Positions 1 through 9,926 of a stretch of 22,291 nucleotides of DNA are shown here, one piece after another (position 1 is the first letter of the stretch; every line of letters begins with the position of its first letter). The position numbers and the translations under genes are program-made. Origin of the DNA: Ginkgo biloba (Eukaryota; Plantae; Ginkgophyta); NCBI GenBank assembly GCA_024626585.2, contig JANKJI020000004.1:108106200-108128490 (forward strand), given 5' to 3'. The notes beneath the pieces are model-generated. The model was not told the DNA's origin and ran no database searches. It saw only the letters and a program-made list of their open reading frames with translations.

Positions 1-775
1 AGCTCAATAGTGGGCAATATGAATTTTGCCCAAAATTATGAACTAGAGGTATTGAAGAGTTTGTTAGAGCCAGAGACTAGAGAAGACTGGGAAGATCGTT
101 GAGAGAGGTAGGTCAGGAGGATGACGTATAATTATGTCAAGAGATTAGAGTGGAGGAATTGAGTGATCCTTCCAGATCCATAGAAACTAAATATAGATGA
201 GAAAATTATTAAGAGAGGTATCTCACAGGGATGACGTGAATTTTATCTAGAGGTTTGGAGAAAAGGCACCGAGTGAGTTCGTTAAATCCAGAGAGAAGTG
301 AAAATTGGGTAAAATCATTGATAGAGGTAGCTCAAGTGAAGGGTGACATAGAATACCATCCTAAACTATGAACTAGAGGCATTGAGGAGTCTGTCAAAGT
401 TAGATATTGAAGAATCCAAGCAGATCACCAAGAGTGGCAGCTGAGGGAGATGACATGAATTTCATCCAAAGGTTTGGAGTGAAGGCATTGAGGAGTCTGT
501 CAAAGTTAGATATTGAAGAATCCAAGCAGATCACTAAGAGTGGAAGCTCAAGGAGATGACATGAANNNNNNNNNNNNNNNNNNNNNNNNNNNNNNNNNNN
601 NNNNNNNNNNNNNNNNNNNNNTAGTGGAAACTAGGAAGAATCATTGATAGAGGTAGCTCAGGTGAGGGGAAACATAGAATATCATCCTGAATTATGAACT
701 GGAGGCGTTAAGGAGTTCGTCGGAGCCAGAGATTAAAGAAGTCAAGAAGATCATTGAGAGAGGCAACTCAAGGTG
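1..775. repeat. Degenerate ~106-110 bp tandem array (about 7 units, open at the window's left edge), probably inside an LTR
   Basis: The anchor motif 'agaggtagctca'-like recurs at ~103, 212, 321, 431, 537, 646 and 756. Units 377-460 and 483-565 are near-identical (period 106). A gap lies at 566-620. Confidence 0.85.
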
Positions 776-1076
776 CAAGGCAATGGCCTGTTAACCTAAA
801 CTGCTTATAATTATTTTATTGACCCTTTGAGAGTCAGGAAGAGTCATGAAGGTTGTTGTAACCAAAAATATTAATTGTAATATGAATCTAGAGTTTTATT
901 CCCCGAGAGGATTTCTCCAGTTAAAAACATTGTGTGTCTTTTTTTTGTGTGTTCATTGGAGCATTCTTCCCTTCCTATGGTGAATTATTTTGGTGTTTGA
1001 ATTTCTTATGGGTGGGATCATTACCTTGAGATTGAGCTAATGATGTCATCTCACCTATGTTTGCAATATCCTAAAA
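1..1076 (+). mobile_element. Putative 5' LTR (3' part) of a Ty3/gypsy element
   Basis: A 42-bp block at 887-928 matches 2781-2822 in the downstream LTR at 36/42 (all mismatches transitions). Both copies lie ~150 bp from the inferred LTR end, and a PBS-like motif follows. The terminal CA is not preserved. Confidence 0.5.
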
Positions 1077-1078
1077 GT

Positions 1079-1088
1079 TGGTGCGGTG
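1079..1088 (+). promoter_or_regulatory. Putative primer-binding site complementary to the tRNA-Phe(GAA) 3' end
   Basis: TGGTGCGGTG matches the first 10 nt expected from plant tRNA-Phe (...CACCGCACCA-3', recalled sequence). It lies right after the inferred LTR end. Confidence 0.45.
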
Positions 1089-1226
1089 GAAACATTGAGA
1101 GATTAGAAGGTGGGTGTTGTCGATTGCCCTGCATAAAAAACCCTAGCTTCCTACCTAATATGTGTGTGCATACCTTAGAGTACATTAGAAGAAAAAGATA
1201 CAAAATATTATAGTGTAAGGGTTAAT

Positions 1227-1910
1227 ACTAAGTTTCTCTATGGAGGTGTTATAGTCTGATTTGGATGTCTTACAAAATTGGTTAGTGACAATAGAATGCA
1301 TTTCTCAAATAAAATGTTAGAAAGCTTAAGCAATTTGTTCATGATTTAACATCGAAGGAGCGTGCCATATTATTTGAGATGAAATGGATTATAAGAAACC
1401 TCTAACAAAGTTATTTTTAATGTGATTACCAAGACATGGATTAAGCCAAAAAAAATGCATGTTGTATCATGGACCTTCAAGATAACATATAAGAAATATA
1501 CATGTCAAATGATATTTTAGGTAGTCTATGGGAAATAAGTTATTCTATCAATAGATTTTCAAGTTAAAAACTTGAGAAATATAATTAAGAAGAGGAGAGA
1601 GAGGACAATGCAATTGAATAAATTGGAGGAGAAGTGATCATTTCCTCTTTAACTTTAAGAAATTATGTAAGACAAGATAAAGAAGAACCATGCTAGAAAT
1701 ATTAAAGGAATGTGGATCCATATAAGGGACTTAGTACGACTATATGATAGCTAGTATAAGAACATGAAAGGAAAACTAAAAGTTAGATGGTTGGTTCATA
1801 ATGTATTAGAAAATTTATATAAGAATGAATTAGCAACTATATCCGAGATCAATGGTTAAAAGGTGCCAAGACAAGTTATTAGCACTCATCTAAACTTGTT
1901 TAGAGAATGA
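1227..1910 (+). pseudogene. Degenerate Ty3/gypsy (Athila/Tat-type) integrase, core and C-terminal region
   Basis: Manual translation: KFLYGGVIV*FGCLTKLVSDNRMHFSNKM..I*HRRSVPYYLR*NGL*ETSNKVI; VSWTFKITYKKYTCQMIF*VVYGK*VILSIDFQV; RDLVRLYDS*YKNMKGKLKVRWL..VISTHLNLF*. These match the motifs FG.P..LVSD.G.HF, S.PYYP..NG..E..NK, W.YRTT.K..TG.TPF.LVYG.E and GKLK.RW.GPY. There are many stops. Confidence 0.9.
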
Positions 1911-2217
1911 AGTAGCAAGATAAACCAAGAATCCATAAATGTGTAAAGATAGGATGTAATAAGTATAAGAAAAGATAGGAAAATGATGTTGGAGGAAATG
2001 GCATTATCATAGGCAATTAACATTGTTGATGATAAATGATGAGGATAAGTATTAGATAAAGTGTAGTGACAAGCACCCTAACTGAAAAAATAAAAAGGTG
2101 ATTTTTATAAGNNNNNNNNNNNNNNNNNNNNNNNNNNNNNNNNNNNNNNNNNNNNNNNNNNNNNNNNNNNNNNNNNNNNNNNNNNNNNNNNNNNNNNNNN
2201 NNNNNNNNNNNGGCAAC

Positions 2218-2360
2218 AAGAGATGAAGGGATAGGGAAGCCTCTCCCTTACCCTGGTATGCGATGCCATTCCCTAAATGACCAAGGATGATAAGAGATCA
2301 AGGGACAAGGAAGTATCTCCCTTTCCCTGGTATGTGATGTCATTCCCTGATCGACCGAGG
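2218..2360 (+). repeat. 74-bp tandem repeat (2 visible units) in the retrotransposon 3' UTR
   Basis: aagagatgaagggatagggaagcctctcccttaccctggtatgcgatgccattccct (2218) versus aagagatcaagggacaaggaagtatctccctttccctggtatgtgatgtcattccct (2292). It abuts a 100-N gap. Confidence 0.85.
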
Positions 2361-2368
2361 GAGAGGGA
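2357..2368 (+). promoter_or_regulatory. Polypurine tract (PPT)
   Basis: GAGGGAGAGGGA lies directly before TGTAAC, downstream of integrase. Confidence 0.7.
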
Positions 2369-2973
2369 TGTAACTCTCTTACTCTAACTTATTATTTGTG
2401 TCATCCATAATTAATCATTTTAGTTTTTATAATTTCATCAATTATAAAAAATAGTTCAAATTCTTTGAATGGTTAGGGTAAATGAAGGGATTCAAAAGGA
2501 GGAAAAAGAAAAAATTAATAGACAGAATCAAGAGGAAGAGAGAGAGAGATTAAAATGACCAAGAGGAGAATGCATCCATTGAGAGAGAAGTTGAAACAAT
2601 TATACAAGAGGCAAGAAGTTCATAAGAAGAGAGTGTGAGAGAGTCTCTTGAAGATAAAAAATCTCCACATGGTTGTTGAACATGTATTTTTTTGTACAAA
2701 TCTCTGTGAGTTGCATCTCATAAATAGATGAATAATCATAGTAATTTGAAACTCTTGTTGAAAGAAGAGCTTAATACCATTCTAGGATTTTATTCCCTAA
2801 GAGGGTTTCTCTAGTTAAAAACTTATGCATATATGTAGTAATTTTTTTGTTTCCAATTATTTTTGCTCTTGAATTTTTAGATTCAAGTTGATGTAGTGAA
2901 TGCACTTTTAGATACAGTAATCTTTTTATTATTTTGAAAAATAATTTTATTCAAGGATCTATAGTTGATTACA
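2369..2973 (+). mobile_element. 3' LTR (~605 bp) of a Ty3/gypsy element
   Basis: It begins TGTAA right after the PPT and ends TTACA (5-bp terminal inverted repeat, TG..CA). It shares a 42-bp block with the upstream LTR-like region. Confidence 0.65.
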
Positions 2974-3972
2974 TTGGGAGTGACTCACCCACTGAGATAC
3001 ATATCAAATAGATGAACCGACTTAGAAGAAACATGATGAATCCAAAAAAGGATGATCATGAAAGAAAANNNNNNNNNNNNNNNNNNNNNNNNNNNNNNNN
3101 NNAAATTGACCACTTAAAGGCACTATAAAATTCTAACTCATAAACTGATGTAAGGAAATGTAAGGCACAAGGATTTGACCACTTATTACAACATACAAAG
3201 ATGGTGAAAGTGGTAAGTAGCTGGAAAAGGATCAAATGTCTCTTAAAGAAGGAATAAAAGAGCTTCATACTTTAAATTTTTCATCAATGGAAATTTATTT
3301 TCATTGACTGCAACATAATGCACAGATNNNNNNNNNNNNNNNNNNNNNNNNNNNNNNNNNNNNNNNNNNNNNNNNNNNNNNNNNNNNNNNNNNNNNNNNN
3401 NNNNNNNNNNNNNNNNNNNNNNNNNNNNNNNNNNNNNNNNNNNNNNNNNNNNNNNNNNNNNNNNNNNNNNNNNNNNNNNNNNNNNNNNNNNNNNNNNNNN
3501 NNNNNNNNNNNNNNNNNNNNNNNNNNNNNNNNNNNNNNNNNNNNNNNNNNNNNNNNNNNNNNNNNNNNNNNNNNNNNNNNNNNNNNNNNNNNNNNNNNNN
3601 NNNNNNNNNNNNNNNNNNNNNNNNNNNNNNNNNNNNNNNNNNNNNNNNNNNNNNNNNNNNNNNNNNNNNNNNNNNNNNNNNNNNNNNNNNNNNNNNNNNN
3701 NNNNNNNNNNNNNNNNNNNNNNNNNNNNNNNNNNNNNNNNNNNNNNNNNNNNNNNNNNNNNNNNNNNNNNNNNNNNNNNNNNNNNNNNNNNNNNNNNNNN
3801 NNNNNNNNNNNNNNNNNNNNNNNNNNNNNNNNNNNNNNNNNNNNNNNNNNNNNNNNNNNNNNNNNNNNNNNNNNNNNNNNNNNNNNNNNNNNNNNNNNNN
3901 NNNNNNNNNNNNNNNNNNNNNNNNNNNNNNNNNNNNNNGAGTGTTTTAAAGTAATAATTACAATAGCTTAAC

Positions 3973-4509
3973 TTGAAAAAGGATAGAGTAATAATGGAAC
4001 TATACCCAAACATGATCGTCATAGATACCATTCCACATCATTGGCAGAGATTCCATAATATTGTTGTCAAAATTGCTAAGTAGATAATGCTAATGAAGTC
4101 TAAAGAAAAACTTAAAGAATGGTTTGAGAAGAATTATTTTAATAAGTTACTAATGTTGACTAGAATTATCTAAATCCTAAATGTGATAAAGGAAATTTTG
4201 TATGCGAAAGCATATGGGAGAATAGAGCTTAAAGCACACATTTTAGATATAAATGCAAAGATAATATCAAAATTCTTTGGCATCCCAAATGAGGGATTGA
4301 AGATAAATTTGGATCTGGCTAAGAAGTGGTCCACCATGCATCAGGGGGGAGATGCAAACAAAGTGCTTCTCAAGTTAATGAATGAGCACGAGGCATATAT
4401 AGACAAAGTATTTTCTATTTATAAGATAATGTATAGTGCATTTAAAGTAGGAGCATGCATCATAATAAGAATATGTAAAGTGCATTTGCCACATTACCAT
4501 TTTTATTAG
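3973..4509 (+). pseudogene. Degenerate ORF, possibly an accessory/extra ORF of a plant retrotransposon
   Basis: The frame of ORF 4183-4509 extends upstream through only two stops (4081, 4171): MELYPNMIVIDTIPHHWQRFHN..LKEWFEKNYFNKLL..IKEIL..ILDINAKIISKFFGIPNEG. The I..FFGIPNEG segment resembles motifs in plant transposon accessory proteins. The family is not established. Confidence 0.35.
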
Positions 4510-6170
4510 GCTAGAAGTAGAAGTAGATCACATTATAGAAGGAAGAGGGTAGCCTCTAAGGATGCAACCTCCTCTAAAGCATAACAATTCTCCTATCTGA
4601 ATTTGAACCATCTATTGGGATGACTTGATGTCATGGACGAAATACATATTTCTAGAGGTTAACTAATGCTAATACTTTTGGTATCCATATGGTATTTTGT
4701 GTTTTGGCATGGACTTAGGTTAAGGCCCATCATTTTATACTACCCCTTTACTCCACTCAATAATTTTGGAGTATGGACTCTCGATTGTGCAATTATCTTT
4801 TTTGAGGGGCCACCTAATTGTATGCAATTGATTTTTCTAAATTAATATAAGTTTAATCATTTTGACAACCAAAAGGATAAAAATAAGTGATTACATTAGA
4901 TAATAATAATAATTTATGCCCTTAACAAAATCCACTATATATAAAATGGATTTTGGATTACTTACCATAAATTATATTANNNNNNNNNNNNNNNNNNNNN
5001 NNNNNNNNNNNNNNNNNNNNNNNNNNNNNNNNNNNNNNNNNNNNNNNNNNNNNNNNNNNNNNNNNNNNNNNNNNNNNNNATTTAATATATGGATCATTTA
5101 TTTATTCTTCTCAAATAATAATTATCAAGGCTTGAGAACATTATTTATAATCTCCCCATTAATCGTATAAATAGATGAAGTTGTTTCATAGGAGATAATC
5201 ATAGATTGAAGGAACAAAGAGTAGGATAGAAGAATCTTGGTTGATTGGTGACAACCTGCCGATTGCCACCCTGGATGTGCTTCTCTTTTATGTAAACATA
5301 AATGCATGGATTCGGATCTTTGAGGTTGCCTCTTTTGTTATGTGCATTGGTTTGCTTAAATCTGTTTCTCCTCCTAATTGTTGGTAATGTCCTATTTTAT
5401 ACCAACATTTTTGTGTTGTTTCCATGATTGAACTTGTTAGGGTCATAGAGTTTTGATAGCATTTGCACCTTATGGGTGGGTGAAAATAACACATTGAAAG
5501 AGCCATTTAAAAGGTAGGTTTCAAATTTACAATGCAAAGAGTTTGAAATTCAAATTATAAATTATCATCAATTCAAATTTTAAGCTTGAGAATAGTTGTT
5601 ATTGTGTCACTTTTGCCATGTAATGATGCAATGTTATGAACATATAATTTGGAAACTATTGCACAACATTTTACTTTGAGGGGAAGCAATCCTAACTCTC
5701 ATAATTCGTCCTAGTGATTTCGAAACACAATGTATGTCTAACTTTGTAATCCCATAAAACCACTTCCACTTTAAGGATGTGCCAAGTTAGGGGAGAATTG
5801 GCATACCGAGGTACTAGGTCCCCTAATAATGTTGAGGCCCAAGTAAAGGGGTTGGAAATAAAATGGAAGGCAATGGATTATACTTAAATCCATAATGATT
5901 TAGCCCATTTTTACCACCAAAATAGATGGATAATAAATTCTAGATGGAAACACAATTCATACTACTCCCTCCCATATTAGCTATCATATCATATATTACA
6001 AGAACCTAATGCATTATAAACCAAGAAAAAAAAACCTTTTGGGCTTCTAGAGATGTCTTATATAATCACTCAAAATGGTGAAGAAAAATGTCTTCAAAGT
6101 AAGAATAGTTCCATTTGGCATTGCATTCATCTACTAGTCCTAACTTTAGACTAGTTAAGGATTACAAATA

Positions 6171-6186
6171 AGAGAGAGAGAGAGAG
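6171..6186. repeat. (AG)8 microsatellite
   Basis: agagagagagagagag is read directly. Confidence 0.9.
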
Positions 6187-6794
6187 TTTAACTCGGACAT
6201 TGGAGACATTCCAAGTCTAATCATTCCATTATTCCTTAAGAGAAATTGTCTCTATTTTATAAATAAATTAGTTTGGAATAATAATAAAAATATTATCTAG
6301 GGCTACTTTATCTTGGTTTCTTAGGTTAAATTCCTCTTTGATCTTTTCCTAAGTTTTCCATTAGTTTATACTAGGGTCATATAGATCCCAAGAAAACTTG
6401 AGCCCTTTCTTGAAGAGTTTGATGCCACTAAACTAGGTAATATTTCCTAAATATTTCTTATTCTCTTTGATTAAAGGGGGATACCAAATAGAGATATATG
6501 ACATCGACAACACTCTTTTATCTTCCATGCCTCTCTAGTTAAAAAATGGTTTATAGATTTTATAATCTTACTAAATACTTTTTAAGACCTATGAGCCTCC
6601 CACACTCACATTATCAAAAGTCAAGATCAATGACTATAAAGACAACCTTTATAATATTTTTTTACCATGGGGGATCTATCTAGGATATTTTTCATATTAA
6701 GTTGGAAGGCACATACTTGAAACATATGTTAGTTGTACAAATTATATTACTGTCAACATCATTAATTCCTAGAGAAATATATACTCGAATGTAG

Positions 6795-7420
6795 ATTGAA
6801 ATGCCTAAGTTATAGAATTTTAAAAAGTTTTTCTTTGAGTGGAAACTAAAAGAAAATTTTGATTATATAAATCTTCAATTTTTAAATGTATATGATACTT
6901 GGATAAAAGAATTCTAAGTACGACAAGGCATTAGCATGGTGAGAGTGTATGAAGAATATAAGAGAATTCTGGCAAAGATAAGTGATTTCTTTGAAAGAGA
7001 AGAGAAAAATGTAGTAGAAGGTTTATAGTTGTCCTAAGAATTTCAAAAAGTTGGTTAAATTCATCTCTACAAAATAAGCATTTGATTAAGGGACCCAACA
7101 AATGAGCACTTATGATGTGTAGTTTTGGGATTCTAAGAGGAAAAGTTGTTGAGACATGGCCAAAGGAATTGGCATTTGTAGAATTCATTTATATAAAGTA
7201 ACTATATATAAGAATGTGAGTTTTTATTTTCATTTTACAAAAGAAAGTGTGAAAATCTTACAATCAAGGGAGCAATATGAGTGACATAAAAAAAAAACAT
7301 TCTATAAGGAATTCAATCTAATGAATAGCTCTAAGCCATACAACCCATATGAAGGTAAGAATCCAAATGTGTCATGGGAGCACACACCTAAAGGAAAGAA
7401 AAAGATTGTTGAGAATGAGG
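6795..7420 (+). pseudogene. Degenerate Ty3/gypsy gag (retrotransposon gag domain, CRM-like)
   Basis: IEMPKL*NFKKF..EWKLKENFDY (6795-), KALAW*E (6925-), VISLKEKRKM and *GTQQMSTY match the gag pattern IP.F..F.EW..FDY / AL.WW / W.EM..M / QG..V..Y. It is frameshifted and stop-ridden. Confidence 0.5.
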
Positions 7421-8522
7421 GAGNNNNNNNNNNNNNNNNNNNNNNNNNNNNNNNNNNNNNNNNNNNNNNNNNNNNNNNNNNNNNNNNNNNNNNNNNNNNN
7501 NNNNNNNNNNNNNNNNNNNNNNNNNNNNNNNNNNNNNNNNNNNNNNNNNNNNNNNNNNNNNNNGAAGAAGGCATGGTTACTTTGAAGGAAGAAAAAGTAC
7601 AAAGAAAAAAGTCACTAAAATTTATAATGTAAAAATATGTTGAGCTTCAGGGATCAAAACAATAAGATGAGTCTCAAGTCTCACGAAATAAGGATGATCG
7701 ATAGAGCTCAAAACAAGAGAAGAAGCCACATAACTCCAACTAAAAGAATGAACCAATGGGTTTAAAAAGGAAACAAAATGAGCCATAGAGATCAAAAAAG
7801 GGTAAAGAGCTAGGAAGAAGGCCCAAAGATAAAAGAANNNNNNNNNNNNNNNNTGGATGAGTAAGGTACACTCGGTGATTTCATTCAAAAGCAGAAAGGA
7901 GATGAATCTACTCCAAAGAAAAAGACATCATCTTCATGAAAATCCAAATAGAATAGAGAAGCATAATAGAATATTAGAACAACAAACCATACACATGTAT
8001 AGGGTAATGAGGGTGATGATGGACTACTAAATAAAAAGAGAAAATTGGATAATCCACATTGTTAAGCATATGGTATGCCTAANNNNNNNNNNNNNNNNNN
8101 NNNNNNNNNNNNNNNNNNNNNNNNNNNNNNNNNNNNNNNNNNNNNAAACCCAAGGGAGTAATCCTCTTCTCACCCTTCAACCCTCTGAAGCTCAAAAAAT
8201 GAGTACTTGGTCAGCAAACTGGAAGAAATTGGCTTCTCAAACTTCACTGTAACTAGATGGCATGGAAATGCGCATTGTATCAGTGCTCTGGCGCTGAAAT
8301 GCGCTTGGTAATGTGCACTTCTCTAATCTGCATAGAAATGTGTGTGCTCATAAGCGCGCTCTAATGTGCGCTAGTGAATTCAGGATGAAAATACGTGCAA
8401 TCAAGCATCGAACTCTGCAATGNNNNNNNNNNNNNNNNNNNNNNNNNNNNNNNNNNNNNNNNNNNNNNNNNNNNNNNNNNNNNNNNNNNNNNNNNNNNNN
8501 NNNNNNNNNNNNNNNNNNNNNN

Positions 8523-8731
8523 GAGATATGATACACTTGGTTATGATATTATGGATAGAGACGGGTGAACCATCACTGTTCCAGTTGGGGTGACAGTAAT
8601 TTAATCTGTAGGCCCAATTACAGGTATAAAGATAAACTGAACCAACGGCAAGCTTTTGAAGAGGGTTCCTATGAATCAACTATGCATTTTCTCAATGACA
8701 ATGTACATCCAAAATAACCTCTTTATACATA
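8523..8731 (-). other. Probable 3' UTR/downstream sequence of the kinase fragment
   Basis: Non-repetitive sequence continuous with the kinase stop codon up to the 100-N gap. No poly(A) is visible. Confidence 0.4.
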
Positions 8732-9115
8732 TTAGAAAAAATCAAAATCAAGATAAGAGCCAGAAGAATTGGCATCTGAATTTACGACTTTCTTCTCAAC
8801 TGAAGCAGCACAAGGCACAGTCCTGTTTTTACTGAACTCAAAGTCAACCGGTTTGGGAATTTCAGGTGGTGTGGTACTGCGAATGAGAGCCCAATTGACA
8901 CCCTCAAAGAATGGATGTTGTTTTATTTCCGTAGCCCCCCTCTTATAAGCTAATCTGTGTTGTGGGTCTTTCACAAGTAAACCCCTAATCAAGTCTCTGG
9001 CTGCAAAACTAACAGTGGGCATCTCCGGGAACCTTAGTGGTTGCCCAACGACATTAAATAAAGTGGCACGATTGCCTGCTCCCTTGAAGGGGGTTTTTCC
9101 ATGAAGCAGCTCATG
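8732..9115 (-). pseudogene. 5'-truncated fragment of an AGCVIII (AGC1 clade, D6PK-like) Ser/Thr kinase: subdomains IX(end)-XI plus C-terminal tail
   Basis: [89 protein letters not shown] is the characteristic AGC1 C-terminus with a terminal FxxF (PIF) motif. The frame is open for 127 codons. The expected upstream GTHEYLAPE..DWWTFGIFL was not found here or elsewhere in the non-N sequence. The ORF-track 'start' (TTG-His-Ile-Ser) lies beyond the homology break. Confidence 0.9.
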
Positions 9116-9926
9116 AGAAATGTGCAAATGACCAACGTATGCTATGTGTTGGTTTCCAAGGAAGTGAAAAGTGAGAATCTCGTAGAGTTTTTGAGAGAAG
9201 TAAGATAATTACTAGAAAAAATACAGTGATGTAACTCCAGAAGAGCTTCCAATAGGTTTGCCACCAGACAGAGGCATCTCGCATCAAATTGATCTAATTC
9301 TAGGATCGAGTTTGCTAAACCAAGAAAGTTATAGATAAATTATGATAGATAATGAGGAGATGAATTGGCAGGTACAATAACTACTTGAAAAATATTTTAT
9401 CAAAGAAAGTTTGATTCTATGTGTGATTCTAGCTCTTTTATCTCCATAGAAGGATGGCACCTAGAGGATGTGTATAGATTCTAAATCTATGAATCAGATT
9501 ACTTTTAAGCACAGGTTTTTCATGCCTAGAATGGAAGATATAATGGATTGCCTTACTAGAGTAATTTGGTTTTCCAAGATTGACCTATGAAGTGGAAACT
9601 ATCATATCAGGGTCCAAGAGGGAGATGAATGGAAGATAGTGTTCAAAACTAAGGAAGGATTATATGAATGGAGGGTGATGTCATTTGGTCTAACAGGCAC
9701 ACTGAGTACCTTCATGAGGCTAATGAACATAGTATTAAAGTTTTTGATTGGTAAGTGTGTCATGGTTTACCTAGATGACATCTTGGTCTTCTGTTATTCA
9801 CCATAGGAGCACATATGGCATCTCCAATAAGTCTTTGACATATTCCATCAGGAGAGGCTATGTGTCAACTTGGAGAAGTGCATTTTTTGTCAGAAAGAAT
9901 TAAATTATCTCAATTTTATGGTTTTG
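9116..9926 (+). pseudogene. Degenerate Ty3/gypsy chromovirus (CRM-like) pol: protease-RT linker and reverse transcriptase
   Basis: [129 protein letters not shown] (YLDD at 9768-9779)..NLEKCIF. I counted 8 stops and a +1 frameshift at ~9221. Confidence 0.95.

Noticed and set aside
1-775. CRISPR-like interpretation of the periodic repeat
   Set aside because: Whole units are homologous, with no unique spacers and no cas genes, in a eukaryotic context.
2974-2997. Possible second PBS after the 605-bp LTR (ttgggagtgactcacccactgag)
   Set aside because: It needs several indels to match a tRNA-Arg-type PBS.
5080-5407. Possible LTR end (...ATACCAACA)
   Set aside because: No PBS, partner LTR or TSD was identified.
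8732-9127. Calling the 131-aa ORF a complete gene
   Set aside because: The start is a TTG beyond the homology break, and the ATP-binding and catalytic subdomains are missing. The only nearby acceptor-like AG (tctcatgag) is weak.
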